A stretch of DNA of 57,702 bases from an uncultured archaeon (lineage in GTDB: Archaea; Iainarchaeota; Iainarchaeia; Iainarchaeales; VGJJ01). The notes beneath the pieces were generated by a model. The model did not search any database. It saw only the letters and a list, made by a program, of their open reading frames with translations, and was not told where the DNA came from. This document shows positions 25,352 to 34,941 of this stretch, piece after piece (within the stretch, counting starts at the first letter, position 1; the number at the start of each line of letters is the position of its first letter). The stretch covers positions 1 to 57,702 of the forward strand of contig CAYJRE010000003.1 of assembly GCA_964372665.1 (NCBI GenBank). The letters run 5' to 3'. Both the position numbers and the translations under genes were made by a program.

Positions 25352-26803
25352 TTAGGAATGGGATTCCATTTCTAAGGCAATCAAGCGATTAAGTTCAACC
25401 GCGTATTCTAATGGAAGCTCTTTCACCACGTTTTCGATGAAACCCTGCACCATGAGCTGCATGGCCTGCTCTTCATTCAGGCCGCGGGACACCAAATAGA
25501 ACAACTGCTCGGCGTCAATCTTTCCAACCGTGGCTTCGTGCGCGACATCCACGCTCGGGTTCATTATTTTCATGAAGGGAAACGTATTGGAGACCGAGGT
25601 ATCATCCATCTGCAACGCATCGCATTTAACGGAAATCTTGGAATCTGCCGCATTCTTGGTGACTTTCACGTGACCGCGGAAAGTAGAAATCCCTCCATCT
25701 TTTGAAATTGATTTGGCGCGAATGATGGAACTCGTTCGGGGAGCGAGGTGATAGACTTTTGCCCCGGTGTCTTGGTTCTGATTCTTTCCTGCTACCGCAA
25801 TGGAAATGTGATCGGCTTTGGCGCCTTCCCCTTTCAAAATGGAACAAGGGTAGAGCATGGTGGTACCGCTTCCGGTTTGGGCGGAAACCCATTCCATCAA
25901 TGCGTTTTCTTCCACCATGGCACGCTTCGTGTTCAAATTGTACGTGTTCTTGGACCAGTTCTCCACACTCGAGTAGCGCATGCGCGCATTCTTCTTCACA
26001 TAAATTTCAACACAGCCGGCATGCAGCGAATTGGCGCTGTATTGCGGGGCCGAACAGCCTTCAATATACATAATTTCTGATCCTTCGTCGGCGATAATAA
26101 GCGTGTGCTCAAATTGCCCCCCGCTCTTGGCATTCATGCGGAAATACGCTTGCAAGGGAAGATGCACTTTGATATTTTTAGGAACATAAATGAATGTACC
26201 CCCGCTCCAAACCGCGGAATGGAGCATGATGAACTTGTGGTCCGTGACGGGAATGCACGTAGTCATGAAATATTCTTTTACTAACTCGGGGTATTTTTGC
26301 AGCGCGACATCCATGTCTTCGAAAATGACTCCCTCCGCAGCCAAATCATCACGGATTTTGTGATATACAACGTTGCTATCATATTGTGCTCCCGCTCCGG
26401 CCAAATATTTCTGTTCGGCTTGCGGGATGCCTAAGCGGTCAAATGTTTTTTTGATGTCGGCAGGAACATCTTCCCATTTTTCACTATCTTTCTTGGCATC
26501 GGGGGTCGCATAGTAAATGATTTCGTCAAAATTCAACGCCGACAAGTCCGGACCCCAAGTTGGAACGGGCGTTTCGTTAAATGCTTTGAGCCCGCGCAGG
26601 CGAATATCCAACATCCATTTTGGTTCATTCTTCTGCTTGGATATTTCTCTCACCAACTCTTCCGACAAACCACGTTTGGCTTTGTACAAGTGCTTTTCTT
26701 TGTCAAAATGATCAAAGACATCGCGGTCTAATTCGACCAGCGGCATAGCTGTTTCAATTGCGGAAAGCATTTGGGTCTGAGTTTTTGTTTGGGCATTCGT
26801 CAT
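25352..26803 (-). CDS. sufB: Fe-S cluster assembly protein SufB
   Basis: 483 aa. Typical SufB blocks GVIFEDMDVALQKYPELV, IYVPKN, HEATVGKIDAEQLFYLVSRGL. Confidence 0.9.
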   Translation of the reverse strand: MTNAQTKTQTQMLSAIETAMPLVELDRDVFDHFDKEKHLYKAKRGLSEELVREISKQKNEPKWMLDIRLRGLKAFNETPVPTWGPDLSALNFDEIIYYATPDAKKDSEKWEDVPADIKKTFDRLGIPQAEQKYLAGAGAQYDSNVVYHKIRDDLAAEGVIFEDMDVALQKYPELVKEYFMTTCIPVTDHKFIMLHSAVWSGGTFIYVPKNIKVHLPLQAYFRMNAKSGGQFEHTLIIADEGSEIMYIEGCSAPQYSANSLHAGCVEIYVKKNARMRYSSVENWSKNTYNLNTKRAMVEENALMEWVSAQTGSGTTMLYPCSILKGEGAKADHISIAVAGKNQNQDTGAKVYHLAPRTSSIIRAKSISKDGGISTFRGHVKVTKNAADSKISVKCDALQMDDTSVSNTFPFMKIMNPSVDVAHEATVGKIDAEQLFYLVSRGLNEEQAMQLMVQGFIENVVKELPLEYAVELNRLIALEMESHS

Positions 26804-26839
26804 TTTTCATTCCTCTTTTCTTTTCGCTCTTCATTCTCC

Positions 26840-27211
26840 TTATTTTCGAATGACTTCCGTGATGCCTAATCTTTCTTTGTCGTGCAAGAAGTGTGCACAC
26901 TCTATGCAATGGTATTTGATGTAAATCCCATCAAAGGTTTCGATGAACTCGTGAGAGAGCTTATCCAACAACTTGTGCGCGTCGGGGGTGAGCATATAAA
27001 CTTTTTTGTCGCGCTCACCGGTTTCTTTCACGACAATCAGGCCTTGCTTCTCAAAACGGCCCAAAAGAGGATACAGTGTCCCTGGCGTCAGGGGAACCGA
27101 ACGATGCTTGGATAAATCCTGGATCAACGCGTATCCGTGCATATCTTGGTTGGACAGATGCCACAAGACCTGCAACTCCAACATACTGATATGCGATATA
27201 TCGACGGCCAT
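26840..27211 (-). CDS. PadR-family transcriptional regulator with Cys/His C-terminal tail
   Basis: HGYALIQDL...LTPGTLYPLLGRFEKQGLI...KVYMLT is the PadR wHTH pattern. The C-terminal KYHCIECAHFLH is a possible metal or cluster site. It is the first gene of the suf operon. Confidence 0.8.
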   Translation of the reverse strand: MAVDISHISMLELQVLWHLSNQDMHGYALIQDLSKHRSVPLTPGTLYPLLGRFEKQGLIVVKETGERDKKVYMLTPDAHKLLDKLSHEFIETFDGIYIKYHCIECAHFLHDKERLGITEVIRK

Positions 27212-27294
27212 ACTATAATGGTCCTATAATCCCTTTATAATCCTAAAGGAACAAATCCCGAAAAAATAAGAGGAATCGTGACTAAAACCCAAAA

Positions 27295-29469
27295 CTACCT
27301 CAAATCCACCCGGCGGAGAAGAAGGGCATTCGTGACCACGGACACGGAAGAGAGGGCCATGGCCCCGCCCGCAACGATGGGGGAGAGCAACCAACCCGTA
27401 AAGGGATACAATACGCCGGCTGCGATAGGAATCCCAATCACATTATAGATGAGCGCCCAAAACATGCCCTGCTTGATTTTGTTCATCGTCGCCTTCCCGA
27501 GCTTCAGGGCGGCCACCACATCGTACGGATCGGAACGCATCAACACGACGTGGCCGGCTTCCATCGCAATGTCGGTTCCCTTTCCCATGGCGAAACCCAC
27601 ATTTGATTGGGCCAAAGCCGGTGCATCATTCACGCCGTCTCCAACGAAACCGACTTTCTTTCCTTGTACTTGCAACTTTTTCACATATTGAGCCTTTTTT
27701 TCCGGCAAAACTTCCGCGAAAACATGCGAAATGCCCAACTGTTTGGCAATCGCCTTCGCCGTGCGTTCATTATCCCCCGTAATCATCCACACATCAATGC
27801 GCTGATTTTGCAAATCATGCACGGCTCGTGTGGCAGTGGACTTTGGTTGGTCCGCGATCGCAATCATCGCAATAGGTTTTGATTGACGCGCCACAAATAC
27901 AACGGTTTTTCCTTCATGCTCGAGCTTTTCCATTTCGGATTCGAACGTTCGCACGTTCACTTTATTTGCGCGCATAAACGAGTGATTTCCAATCACATAC
28001 GACTTCCCTTTTACAAAACCATTCACCCCTTTCCCGAATTCCGCACGAAAACGAGAAACCGAAGCAGGTGGAATGCGCTTACCGGAAATATGCTGGACGA
28101 TGGCCTGGGCTAATGGGTGTTCGGACTTCTCCTCCAATCCCCGAATGGTGGACAACACTTCCCGCTCGTTTTCGGTTTGGGAAACAACCACATCGGTTAC
28201 TGCCGGTTTTCCTTGGGTAAGCGTCCCGGTCTTGTCAAAAATGATGGCATTCATTCCGTGCATTGTTTCCAACGCCTCCGCGCCCTTGATGAGAATCCCG
28301 TTCTCGGCCCCCTTCCCGGTGCCCACCATAATCGCGGTGGGTGTTGCCAGTCCCAGTGCACATGGACACGCAATCACAAGAACCGAAACCGCGGTCACCA
28401 ACGCAAAACCCGGCGCGGATTGAGCCAAAAACAACCACCCCGCAAACGTGAGAACCGCCAAAACGATAACCGCCGGGACAAATACCGCGGAAATCTGGTC
28501 CGCGAAACGCTCAATGTCGGCCTTGCTTCCCTGCGCCTCTTCCACCAGCTTCACGATGCGCGCGAGCACCGTATCCTTCCCCACTTTGGAAGCGCGAAAC
28601 GTAATGTTCCCATTCAAATTAATCGTGCCTCCAACGACCGTATCGTTTTTTCCCCGATCAACGGGCAAACTCTCCCCCGTAATCATGCTCTCATCCAACG
28701 AGGTCTCCCCCGAAACAATCACACCATCCACGGGAACACGCTCACCCGGTTTCACAACTAGCAAATCTCCCACTTGAACTTGTTCAATGGGAACATCCAC
28801 TACTTTTTTCCCTTTGAGCAAATGGGCTTTCTTGGGAGACAAATCCATGAGCTTGCGAATTGCCTCGCTCGTCTTGCCTTTGGCAATCGCCTCGAGGTAT
28901 TTACCCAAAACGACCAGCGTGATGATAATGGCCCCCACTTCGAAATATTGCTCCAACACTAAACCTACCACATGAGCCACGCTGTAGACGTAGGCTGCAC
29001 TCGTACCCAATGCAATGAGCGTGTCCATCGTGAACGTTCCCGAAAACAAGGCTGTCCACGCATCCCGGTAAAACCGCCAACCCACATAAAACTGCACGGG
29101 AGTTGCCAACAAGAAAAGAAGAAAAATGCGGTATGGAAACTCCATGAAAACCATTCCCAGCAACAGCGCAGGAAAACTCAACACGGCTCCAACAATGAGC
29201 ATTTTTTTCAATTCAGCAATCTCACTGGCTCGAACCTCTTTTTCGTGTTCAAGGGAAACATCAAATGTGGCTCCGTACCCTCTTTTTTTGACCGCCTCAA
29301 TTAACGCGTTCTCATTCGCCTGTTTTTCATCAAACTCCACATGCGCTTTCTGAACCGCATAATTCACATGCGCGGTTTTCACGCCCGAAACCTTCTCCAA
29401 CGACTTTTGGATTAACACGGCACAACTCGCGCAATGCATACCCTCAATCGCCAATTCCATTTTTCTCAT
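27295..29469 (-). CDS. copA: Copper-translocating P1B-type ATPase
   Basis: N-terminal HMA GMHCASC, TM CPC motif IACPCALG, DKTGTLT, TGDN, GDGVNDAP. Confidence 0.9.
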   Translation of the reverse strand: MRKMELAIEGMHCASCAVLIQKSLEKVSGVKTAHVNYAVQKAHVEFDEKQANENALIEAVKKRGYGATFDVSLEHEKEVRASEIAELKKMLIVGAVLSFPALLLGMVFMEFPYRIFLLFLLATPVQFYVGWRFYRDAWTALFSGTFTMDTLIALGTSAAYVYSVAHVVGLVLEQYFEVGAIIITLVVLGKYLEAIAKGKTSEAIRKLMDLSPKKAHLLKGKKVVDVPIEQVQVGDLLVVKPGERVPVDGVIVSGETSLDESMITGESLPVDRGKNDTVVGGTINLNGNITFRASKVGKDTVLARIVKLVEEAQGSKADIERFADQISAVFVPAVIVLAVLTFAGWLFLAQSAPGFALVTAVSVLVIACPCALGLATPTAIMVGTGKGAENGILIKGAEALETMHGMNAIIFDKTGTLTQGKPAVTDVVVSQTENEREVLSTIRGLEEKSEHPLAQAIVQHISGKRIPPASVSRFRAEFGKGVNGFVKGKSYVIGNHSFMRANKVNVRTFESEMEKLEHEGKTVVFVARQSKPIAMIAIADQPKSTATRAVHDLQNQRIDVWMITGDNERTAKAIAKQLGISHVFAEVLPEKKAQYVKKLQVQGKKVGFVGDGVNDAPALAQSNVGFAMGKGTDIAMEAGHVVLMRSDPYDVVAALKLGKATMNKIKQGMFWALIYNVIGIPIAAGVLYPFTGWLLSPIVAGGAMALSSVSVVTNALLLRRVDLR

Positions 29470-29485
29470 ACAATAGCCCCAATTA

Positions 29486-29683
29486 TTACTCTAAGGCGTA
29501 TCCTTCTTTTTCCACGGCCTTTTTGACGGCTGGCAGTTCACCTTCATTTTTCATATCCACTACTATTTCCCCTTTCTGGTGGTTAGCCGAAACTACTTTT
29601 GTTCCCGATTCTTCAATGGCCTCCGTCAATACTATCTCACAGCTATTACAGTGCATTCCCTTGATTTTCAATTTTTTTTTCAT
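29486..29683 (-). CDS. copZ: Heavy-metal-associated domain copper chaperone
   Basis: 65 aa, KIKGMHCNSCE (MxCxxC). Lies 16 nt upstream of copA. Confidence 0.8.
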   Translation of the reverse strand: MKKKLKIKGMHCNSCEIVLTEAIEESGTKVVSANHQKGEIVVDMKNEGELPAVKKAVEKEGYALE

Positions 29684-29778
29684 CCAACCACCTCCACGGA
29701 TCCGCGTAACACGCGCATGAAAGGTTGAAATAATAGGAATAAAGTGATAATGCTTTATACAACTACTCTAAAACATAT

Positions 29779-30525
29779 TCACTTTGTTTCTGATTGTATG
29801 GCAGCGATTCTGTATTTGGCTCTGATTAGATATTTTCTATCGCCTTGTTTTTGAATGGCGAAATTGTCTGCCTTTTCTTCCTCCCTGATAAACACGTTGG
29901 TTATTCCAGAAAAAGCAAAAAACGGAGAAATGGTTTTGAGTGAAACCCCCAGTAACTTCAATTTTGGCGTGTTATTTTGAATGTGATAAAGCTCATGCAA
30001 TATTACCGCTTCCAGTTCCTTAGGGGCCAATAGTTCAAGCAATCCAATGGAAAAAAACAGTTTTGGTTTCCAAGAAGTGGTGGAAAATGCGATTGGCTTT
30101 GATTCGTCGATGATAAAAATTTTTGGTGGGCCGATATTTTCTTTTTGGGACAGGTTGTTTATTTTTTCATATAATGGCCCGGAATTGACTTCTTTTGTTT
30201 TGAATAATCGTTGATATAGCATGGGAACAACAAAGTATCCAAGCAGTATTGTTCCCAAGATCGAAGCGGGAATCGCCAATAGAATTGTTGGAGATGCACA
30301 CATTTGGATGAAATGGCAGCCCCGTGAAAAAACGGCGGATACCAATGGAAAAGTTAGAGCGAATAGGTGGGTGTACATCCAAAATATTTTATGTTTGGCT
30401 TCTTTTTTTTTGACTCTCCAAAAGGAAATAATGGCTATTGCTGCAGAGAATAATATGGCGTAGACGCCTTGATTGGCTAATAAGGTGGGAATCCAAACAG
30501 CAGTAATGCATTCAAGTTGAAACAT
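29779..30525 (-). CDS. M56-family (BlaR1-like) membrane metalloprotease, short form
   Basis: Four or more TM segments, an HExxH motif (LHELYHIQNN), and a position immediately downstream of a BlaI-like repressor. Confidence 0.65.
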   Translation of the reverse strand: MFQLECITAVWIPTLLANQGVYAILFSAAIAIISFWRVKKKEAKHKIFWMYTHLFALTFPLVSAVFSRGCHFIQMCASPTILLAIPASILGTILLGYFVVPMLYQRLFKTKEVNSGPLYEKINNLSQKENIGPPKIFIIDESKPIAFSTTSWKPKLFFSIGLLELLAPKELEAVILHELYHIQNNTPKLKLLGVSLKTISPFFAFSGITNVFIREEEKADNFAIQKQGDRKYLIRAKYRIAAIQSETK

Positions 30526-30528
30526 GCG

Positions 30529-30894
30529 TTATTTTTCACCGAACCGTTCATTGAAATAAGCGACTGCCGTTGAACCAAATTTTTCAATCAGCTTGTTAAC
30601 GCTGTTCTCCACTAACTTTTTTTCAAAGTCCTTGCTGCTCTTTTTGAGCGAGTATATGTATCGGTAACCGCCACGACAACTTTCAATTTCTCGGTCAGTG
30701 GCTTTGGCTTTGTATAATCGGTCTAATAACACTGTGACGCTGGTGGGTGCCACGCGGTACCCTTTTTTGATTAAAATTTGGTGGATTTCCTTGGATCTTG
30801 CTTTCGTGTTATGGGATAGGGTTCCCAGAATTTCTCGCTCTAGCTCGTTTAGAGACTTTTGGAGTTCTGGCCGAATGAATTGCATTGTTTTCAT
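30529..30894 (-). CDS. BlaI/MecI/CopY-family transcriptional repressor
   Basis: LNELEREILGTLSHN...KEIHQIL...APTSVTVLLDRLYKAKATDREIE matches the penicillinase-repressor wHTH pattern. There is no C-terminal CxCxxxxCxC copper site. Confidence 0.7.
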   Translation of the reverse strand: MKTMQFIRPELQKSLNELEREILGTLSHNTKARSKEIHQILIKKGYRVAPTSVTVLLDRLYKAKATDREIESCRGGYRYIYSLKKSSKDFEKKLVENSVNKLIEKFGSTAVAYFNERFGEK

Positions 30895-31055
30895 CGTATT
30901 ACCTGGAAGGATACAGACGCTTCTAACATAAAAACCTTTATCCTAAAAAGAGTAAGCATTACACGAAATAGAAAGGCTTTTATATTGGTTATTATCTTGG
31001 TTAATACGTATACATTCTGGGTAATACTTATAAATCATGAGACTGGGTGTGGAGT

Positions 31056-32522
31056 ATGGACACGATTCGATATTGTGCGGTTTGCGGTAAAGAGACCAAA
31101 GACGATAAACTTTCGAGGTTTGGTGAATTCTTTTGCTCTCCAAAACACTTGGACGAGTTTGTAGAAGAAACCAAGAAGCAAAAATTGGGCCAATCCACCG
31201 ACCTAAATAGGGGCACAGAACCAGTTACCATTACAGCCAAAGACCCGGTTACCGTTGCAGGAAACGATTTTTTTTCTCTTTTGAATAATACGCGCGATAT
31301 TTTATTTAAAGAAAAATATGCCAAGATTTTTGCAGTTTCTTTTAGCGTATTGTTGATTGTGTTCGCTTTTTTGGGTGGCCTTTTTTACATCCCAGTCGTT
31401 GACATTGGATTTTTCCGAATGTCTGAGGTTACGCTGTTCGACTACGCGTTTATATTACTGTCGAGCGTGTTGAGCGCCATCCTATTGGCTTTGATATGGT
31501 TTAATCGCGACCAACAATTGCATCTCGGTAGAGCGGGAACTGCAAGCGCTGGACTGGCTGGTTTTATGGCGGCGGTTTGCCCAACGTGCCAAGCAGTTAA
31601 TTTTGTTGCTTTGGGTGCTACGGCCATTAGCATACCATTGGGGCCAATTATCCCATACTTGGGGGCGTTAAAGTTTTTCAGCTTGGGGTTGCTCGGGTTG
31701 GCAACGTATACTACCTCCAAAAGCATTTATTCCAAAACGTGTCCAACCACCGTCATTCCGTTAAACCAACCTCATAGGAAAGAATCAAAAGAAGAAAATT
31801 CGCCAATAGTGCAATTCTTTTTTGAAAACAACATGGGATTTTCATTGCTAACCGGTTTGATAGTAATCCTGCTCTTTAACCAAATCATGTTGATGTCTGT
31901 ATTTGCCAGCATGGTTCCAACCCCCGGAACAGCGGCTTCCATGATTGGAAAGGTGAGCATTCAAGGAAGCGAGTTAGCCTACGGTTCAAAAATTACACTT
32001 AAGCCGATGCCATTAGCTACGGAGGAACAACCAGTCATTGCAGGGTATAAAACAAAAGTAAAAGCACTTCCAACCATTAGCGAGATGACCATGGCGCCCA
32101 GTACCGGAGACACAGCACAAGACTTGGTCAACAACGTGGTGCCGCACGGAACGCCATCCTATGGACAAGAAGCGGGAGTGAGTTTTGATGACCCCATCCA
32201 GGCACAAAATGTTTGGGGAACTTATGAAGGAAGTATCCAGCTAAGCGCAGATATGCAAACGCGTTGGGGCAAGATTGTTAACGCTTTTACTTGTGATTAT
32301 TGTTGCGGCAGCCCACAAAATCCAACGATTATAACGCGATGCGGTTGCGCTCATGCCAAAGCGGCGAGAGGGATGGCGAAATGGTTCATCCAAAAATATG
32401 GATCCCAGTACTCCGATGAAGAGATTTATGGAGAAATGGCTCGATGGTATGCATTGTGGTATCCTGGACCAACGGTAAAGAGAATTGCAGAAGAACTGCA
32501 AGCAAACGGTGGAAGATTCTAA
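31056..32522 (+). CDS. Three-module fusion: TRASH-like zinc ribbon, polytopic membrane domain with intramembrane CPTC, and an extracytoplasmic CxYCCG...CGCAH domain (function unknown)
   Basis: N-terminus YCAVCGKET...FGEFFCSPKH. TM region with AAVCPTCQAV. C-terminus CDYCCGSPQNPTIITRCGCAHAKAARGMAKWFIQKYGSQYSDEEI. ATG 31056 follows GGTGTGGAG. Confidence 0.8.
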   Translation: MDTIRYCAVCGKETKDDKLSRFGEFFCSPKHLDEFVEETKKQKLGQSTDLNRGTEPVTITAKDPVTVAGNDFFSLLNNTRDILFKEKYAKIFAVSFSVLLIVFAFLGGLFYIPVVDIGFFRMSEVTLFDYAFILLSSVLSAILLALIWFNRDQQLHLGRAGTASAGLAGFMAAVCPTCQAVNFVALGATAISIPLGPIIPYLGALKFFSLGLLGLATYTTSKSIYSKTCPTTVIPLNQPHRKESKEENSPIVQFFFENNMGFSLLTGLIVILLFNQIMLMSVFASMVPTPGTAASMIGKVSIQGSELAYGSKITLKPMPLATEEQPVIAGYKTKVKALPTISEMTMAPSTGDTAQDLVNNVVPHGTPSYGQEAGVSFDDPIQAQNVWGTYEGSIQLSADMQTRWGKIVNAFTCDYCCGSPQNPTIITRCGCAHAKAARGMAKWFIQKYGSQYSDEEIYGEMARWYALWYPGPTVKRIAEELQANGGRF

Positions 32523-32550
32523 TCAAACAACAAAAAAGGAGGTGAAAACA

Positions 32551-32787
32551 ATGGAAAAAACAATTTTACTGGGATTGCTGCTTGGAGCCATGGTTTTGGT
32601 TTCAATGTTTCAAGCCATCCAAATCATGGGACTGAGTGAAATACTCTCGGGGTCTAATGGAATTGCAGGAACCAGCAGTAGCAGCGGTACCACCCCCACA
32701 CCAATAGCCGGCAGCCCAAGCACAACAAGCGCAAGCAGCAGCGGTTCGAGCTTGGACAACTTGCCTGCGATGGTTGGAGGGTGCTAA
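32551..32787 (+). CDS. Small TM-anchored Ser/Thr/Gly-rich protein ending in -MVGGC
   Basis: Strong RBS AAGGAGGTGA 6 nt before ATG 32551. MEKTILLGLLLGAMVLVSMFQAIQIMGL anchor, low-complexity linker, C-terminus LPAMVGGC-stop. Confidence 0.7.
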   Translation: MEKTILLGLLLGAMVLVSMFQAIQIMGLSEILSGSNGIAGTSSSSGTTPTPIAGSPSTTSASSSGSSLDNLPAMVGGC

Positions 32788-32901
32788 AAAAATCAACAAT
32801 AGTGGGGAGCAGTATATCGGACAATACCCAACCCGCTCCATTTGTTTCATGGTACCGGGCACAGCATACACTATACCATTTGGTGAAAAAATGGAAACGT
32901 A

Positions 32902-34101
32902 ATGAAAATAGAAACTATGGAGTGGAAAGAGATGTTTAACAAGGACAAGAATATCCTGTTTGTATCGCTCACGGTAGCGTTGGCTATATTGTTAGTGTTT
33001 AATGTAGTGCAAATTAGTGGCTTTTCCAAACTATTGGAGCAAAAGGCAGTTGAAAGGAAAGAACTCGCAAGACCGGCTCAGTTGGAAGTCATTACCTTAT
33101 TGGCAACCGGTTGTACTCAATGCTATTCAATGAAAAAAGAACTCGAGCAAATCACTAAACAAAATGTAAAAATTCAAGATCAAAAAACGATTGATTTTCA
33201 ATCCATAGAAGGAAAATCGCTAGTGGAAAAATACGGAATAAAGAAATTGCCCACCTTTATCATTCGAGGAGAAACAGTAAAAAATAATCAATTGGAAAAT
33301 TTTTGGAAAAAAACAGGTGGTGAAGTGACAGACGAAAACGAAGTAATACTACAATCTACGGCTGCCCCATACTTTGACATCGAGCTCAACAAAACAATAG
33401 GAGTGGTAAATATGATTCAGTTGAGCGCACGCGATTGCAATCAGTGTACTAGCATATCAAAAGTAATTGATGCACTAAAACAAAATGGCGTTGTTTTTGG
33501 TTCCGATGAAACGATTGATTATAGTGAACCCCGTTCGGTTGAAATTATCCAAAAGCATGGTGTTCAGCAAGTGCCAGCATTGCTTTTCTCAAAAGAAATT
33601 GAAGCATATCCGTCCATATTCCAGCAATTAAAGCAGTTAACTACTCAGGAAAAGGAAGGATACTACGCCCTTCATTCTACTAGCCCACCGTACTTGAACG
33701 CGGCTACTGGAAAAACAATAGGGTTAGTTGAATTAATTTTATTGAAGGATAGCAATTGCACAGAATGTTATGATGTGGCTCTCAATAAGACTATTCTTAC
33801 TCGATTCGGTGTCGTAGTATCTGATGAAATAGTATTGGAAGCCAGCTCTCCCGAAGGCAAAGTGTTAATCAATCAGTATCAAATTGAAAAGATTCCCATT
33901 ATTTTGATGTCACCTGACGCGAATGTTTACCCGCTGCTAAATAACGCTTGGCCTTCCGTCGGAAGTGTTGAAACCAACGGCTGGTTTATTATGCGCAGCC
34001 CCGAAGTTTTGGGAACGTATAGAGTCCTTTCGACGGGTCAAATCGTTAATCCTACCATTCCGCCAAATTCAACCGTCGGGGGAGGGGAATCTGGTTCATG
34101 A
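32902..34101 (+). CDS. Membrane-anchored protein with three thioredoxin-fold CxxC modules
   Basis: The TM anchor ends in FNVVQISGF. Three repeats each have a CxxC (CTQC, CNQC, CTEC), and each is followed ~45 aa later by a cis-Pro-like KLPTFII / QVPALLF / KIPIILM. Confidence 0.8.
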   Translation: MKIETMEWKEMFNKDKNILFVSLTVALAILLVFNVVQISGFSKLLEQKAVERKELARPAQLEVITLLATGCTQCYSMKKELEQITKQNVKIQDQKTIDFQSIEGKSLVEKYGIKKLPTFIIRGETVKNNQLENFWKKTGGEVTDENEVILQSTAAPYFDIELNKTIGVVNMIQLSARDCNQCTSISKVIDALKQNGVVFGSDETIDYSEPRSVEIIQKHGVQQVPALLFSKEIEAYPSIFQQLKQLTTQEKEGYYALHSTSPPYLNAATGKTIGLVELILLKDSNCTECYDVALNKTILTRFGVVVSDEIVLEASSPEGKVLINQYQIEKIPIILMSPDANVYPLLNNAWPSVGSVETNGWFIMRSPEVLGTYRVLSTGQIVNPTIPPNSTVGGGESGS

Positions 34102-34856
34102 TTTCAAAAAGCGCTTTGTTCTTTTCACTGGCATTAATGGTGGGAACTGTTTTCTTGTTTATGCTAACGGCCACCCATAATCAGAGAATCGCTTCAGGTG
34201 CAGCGGTTGCCACTAATACAACGGATTCGCTTGCGCAATCAAGTAGTAGCCGGATGGGGCTAACTTCTTTTGACAAAAAATTAGCCATTCAATTAATGGA
34301 CAAAGACGGGGACGGAAAGTGTGATTCTTGCGGAATGGGTGTTGAATTGTGCATGGATTCTGGCCAATTACAGTGCAACATGGGCCCCGATTCTACTATC
34401 GGGGTTTTGGGTTCCCAACACGTTCACTCGGATTGGAAAATTTATTTGAAAGGGAAAGCATTAGGTTCAGCGTTTTTTGAACCGCTAGCAATGAACATGT
34501 CTAATCCCAACAAGAGCACGACAAGCAGTTTTATTCATGTAGACCGGGGAGCACCGGCCCCAGAAAAAACAGGAGACGTGTTGCACATGCATGCAAGCGG
34601 TGTTCCATTGTGGATTTTTTTTGAAAGTGTGGGAATGAAATTGAGCAAAGAGTGCCTTGAACTACGTGAGGGAGAGAAGTATTGCAATGATAGCAATAAT
34701 ACATTGAAATTTTTTGTGAACGGAAAACCAAGCAGCGCTTTGGAGGAGTACGTGTTCCAAGATAATGACAAAATCCTTATCTCGTATGGCAATGAGACGG
34801 ATGTAGAAATTCAAAACCAGTTAAATTCGATTACTGGCTTCTCTAAAAATCATTGA
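34098..34856 (+). CDS. TM-anchored Cys/His-rich extracytoplasmic protein (paralog of 36311..36943)
   Basis: The ATGA overlap gives translational coupling. CDSCGMGVELCMDSGQLQC, then QHVHSD...VLHMHASG...FFVNGKPS...DNDKILISYG, alignable with the 36311 product. Confidence 0.75.
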   Translation: MISKSALFFSLALMVGTVFLFMLTATHNQRIASGAAVATNTTDSLAQSSSSRMGLTSFDKKLAIQLMDKDGDGKCDSCGMGVELCMDSGQLQCNMGPDSTIGVLGSQHVHSDWKIYLKGKALGSAFFEPLAMNMSNPNKSTTSSFIHVDRGAPAPEKTGDVLHMHASGVPLWIFFESVGMKLSKECLELREGEKYCNDSNNTLKFFVNGKPSSALEEYVFQDNDKILISYGNETDVEIQNQLNSITGFSKNH

Positions 34857-34941
34857 AGCAGGAATAATCCGCATGAATGCTAAAAATATGTTATTTACAT
34901 TAACCATTAAGGGTTTGTTTTGAACGACGGGGTGATCTTTT

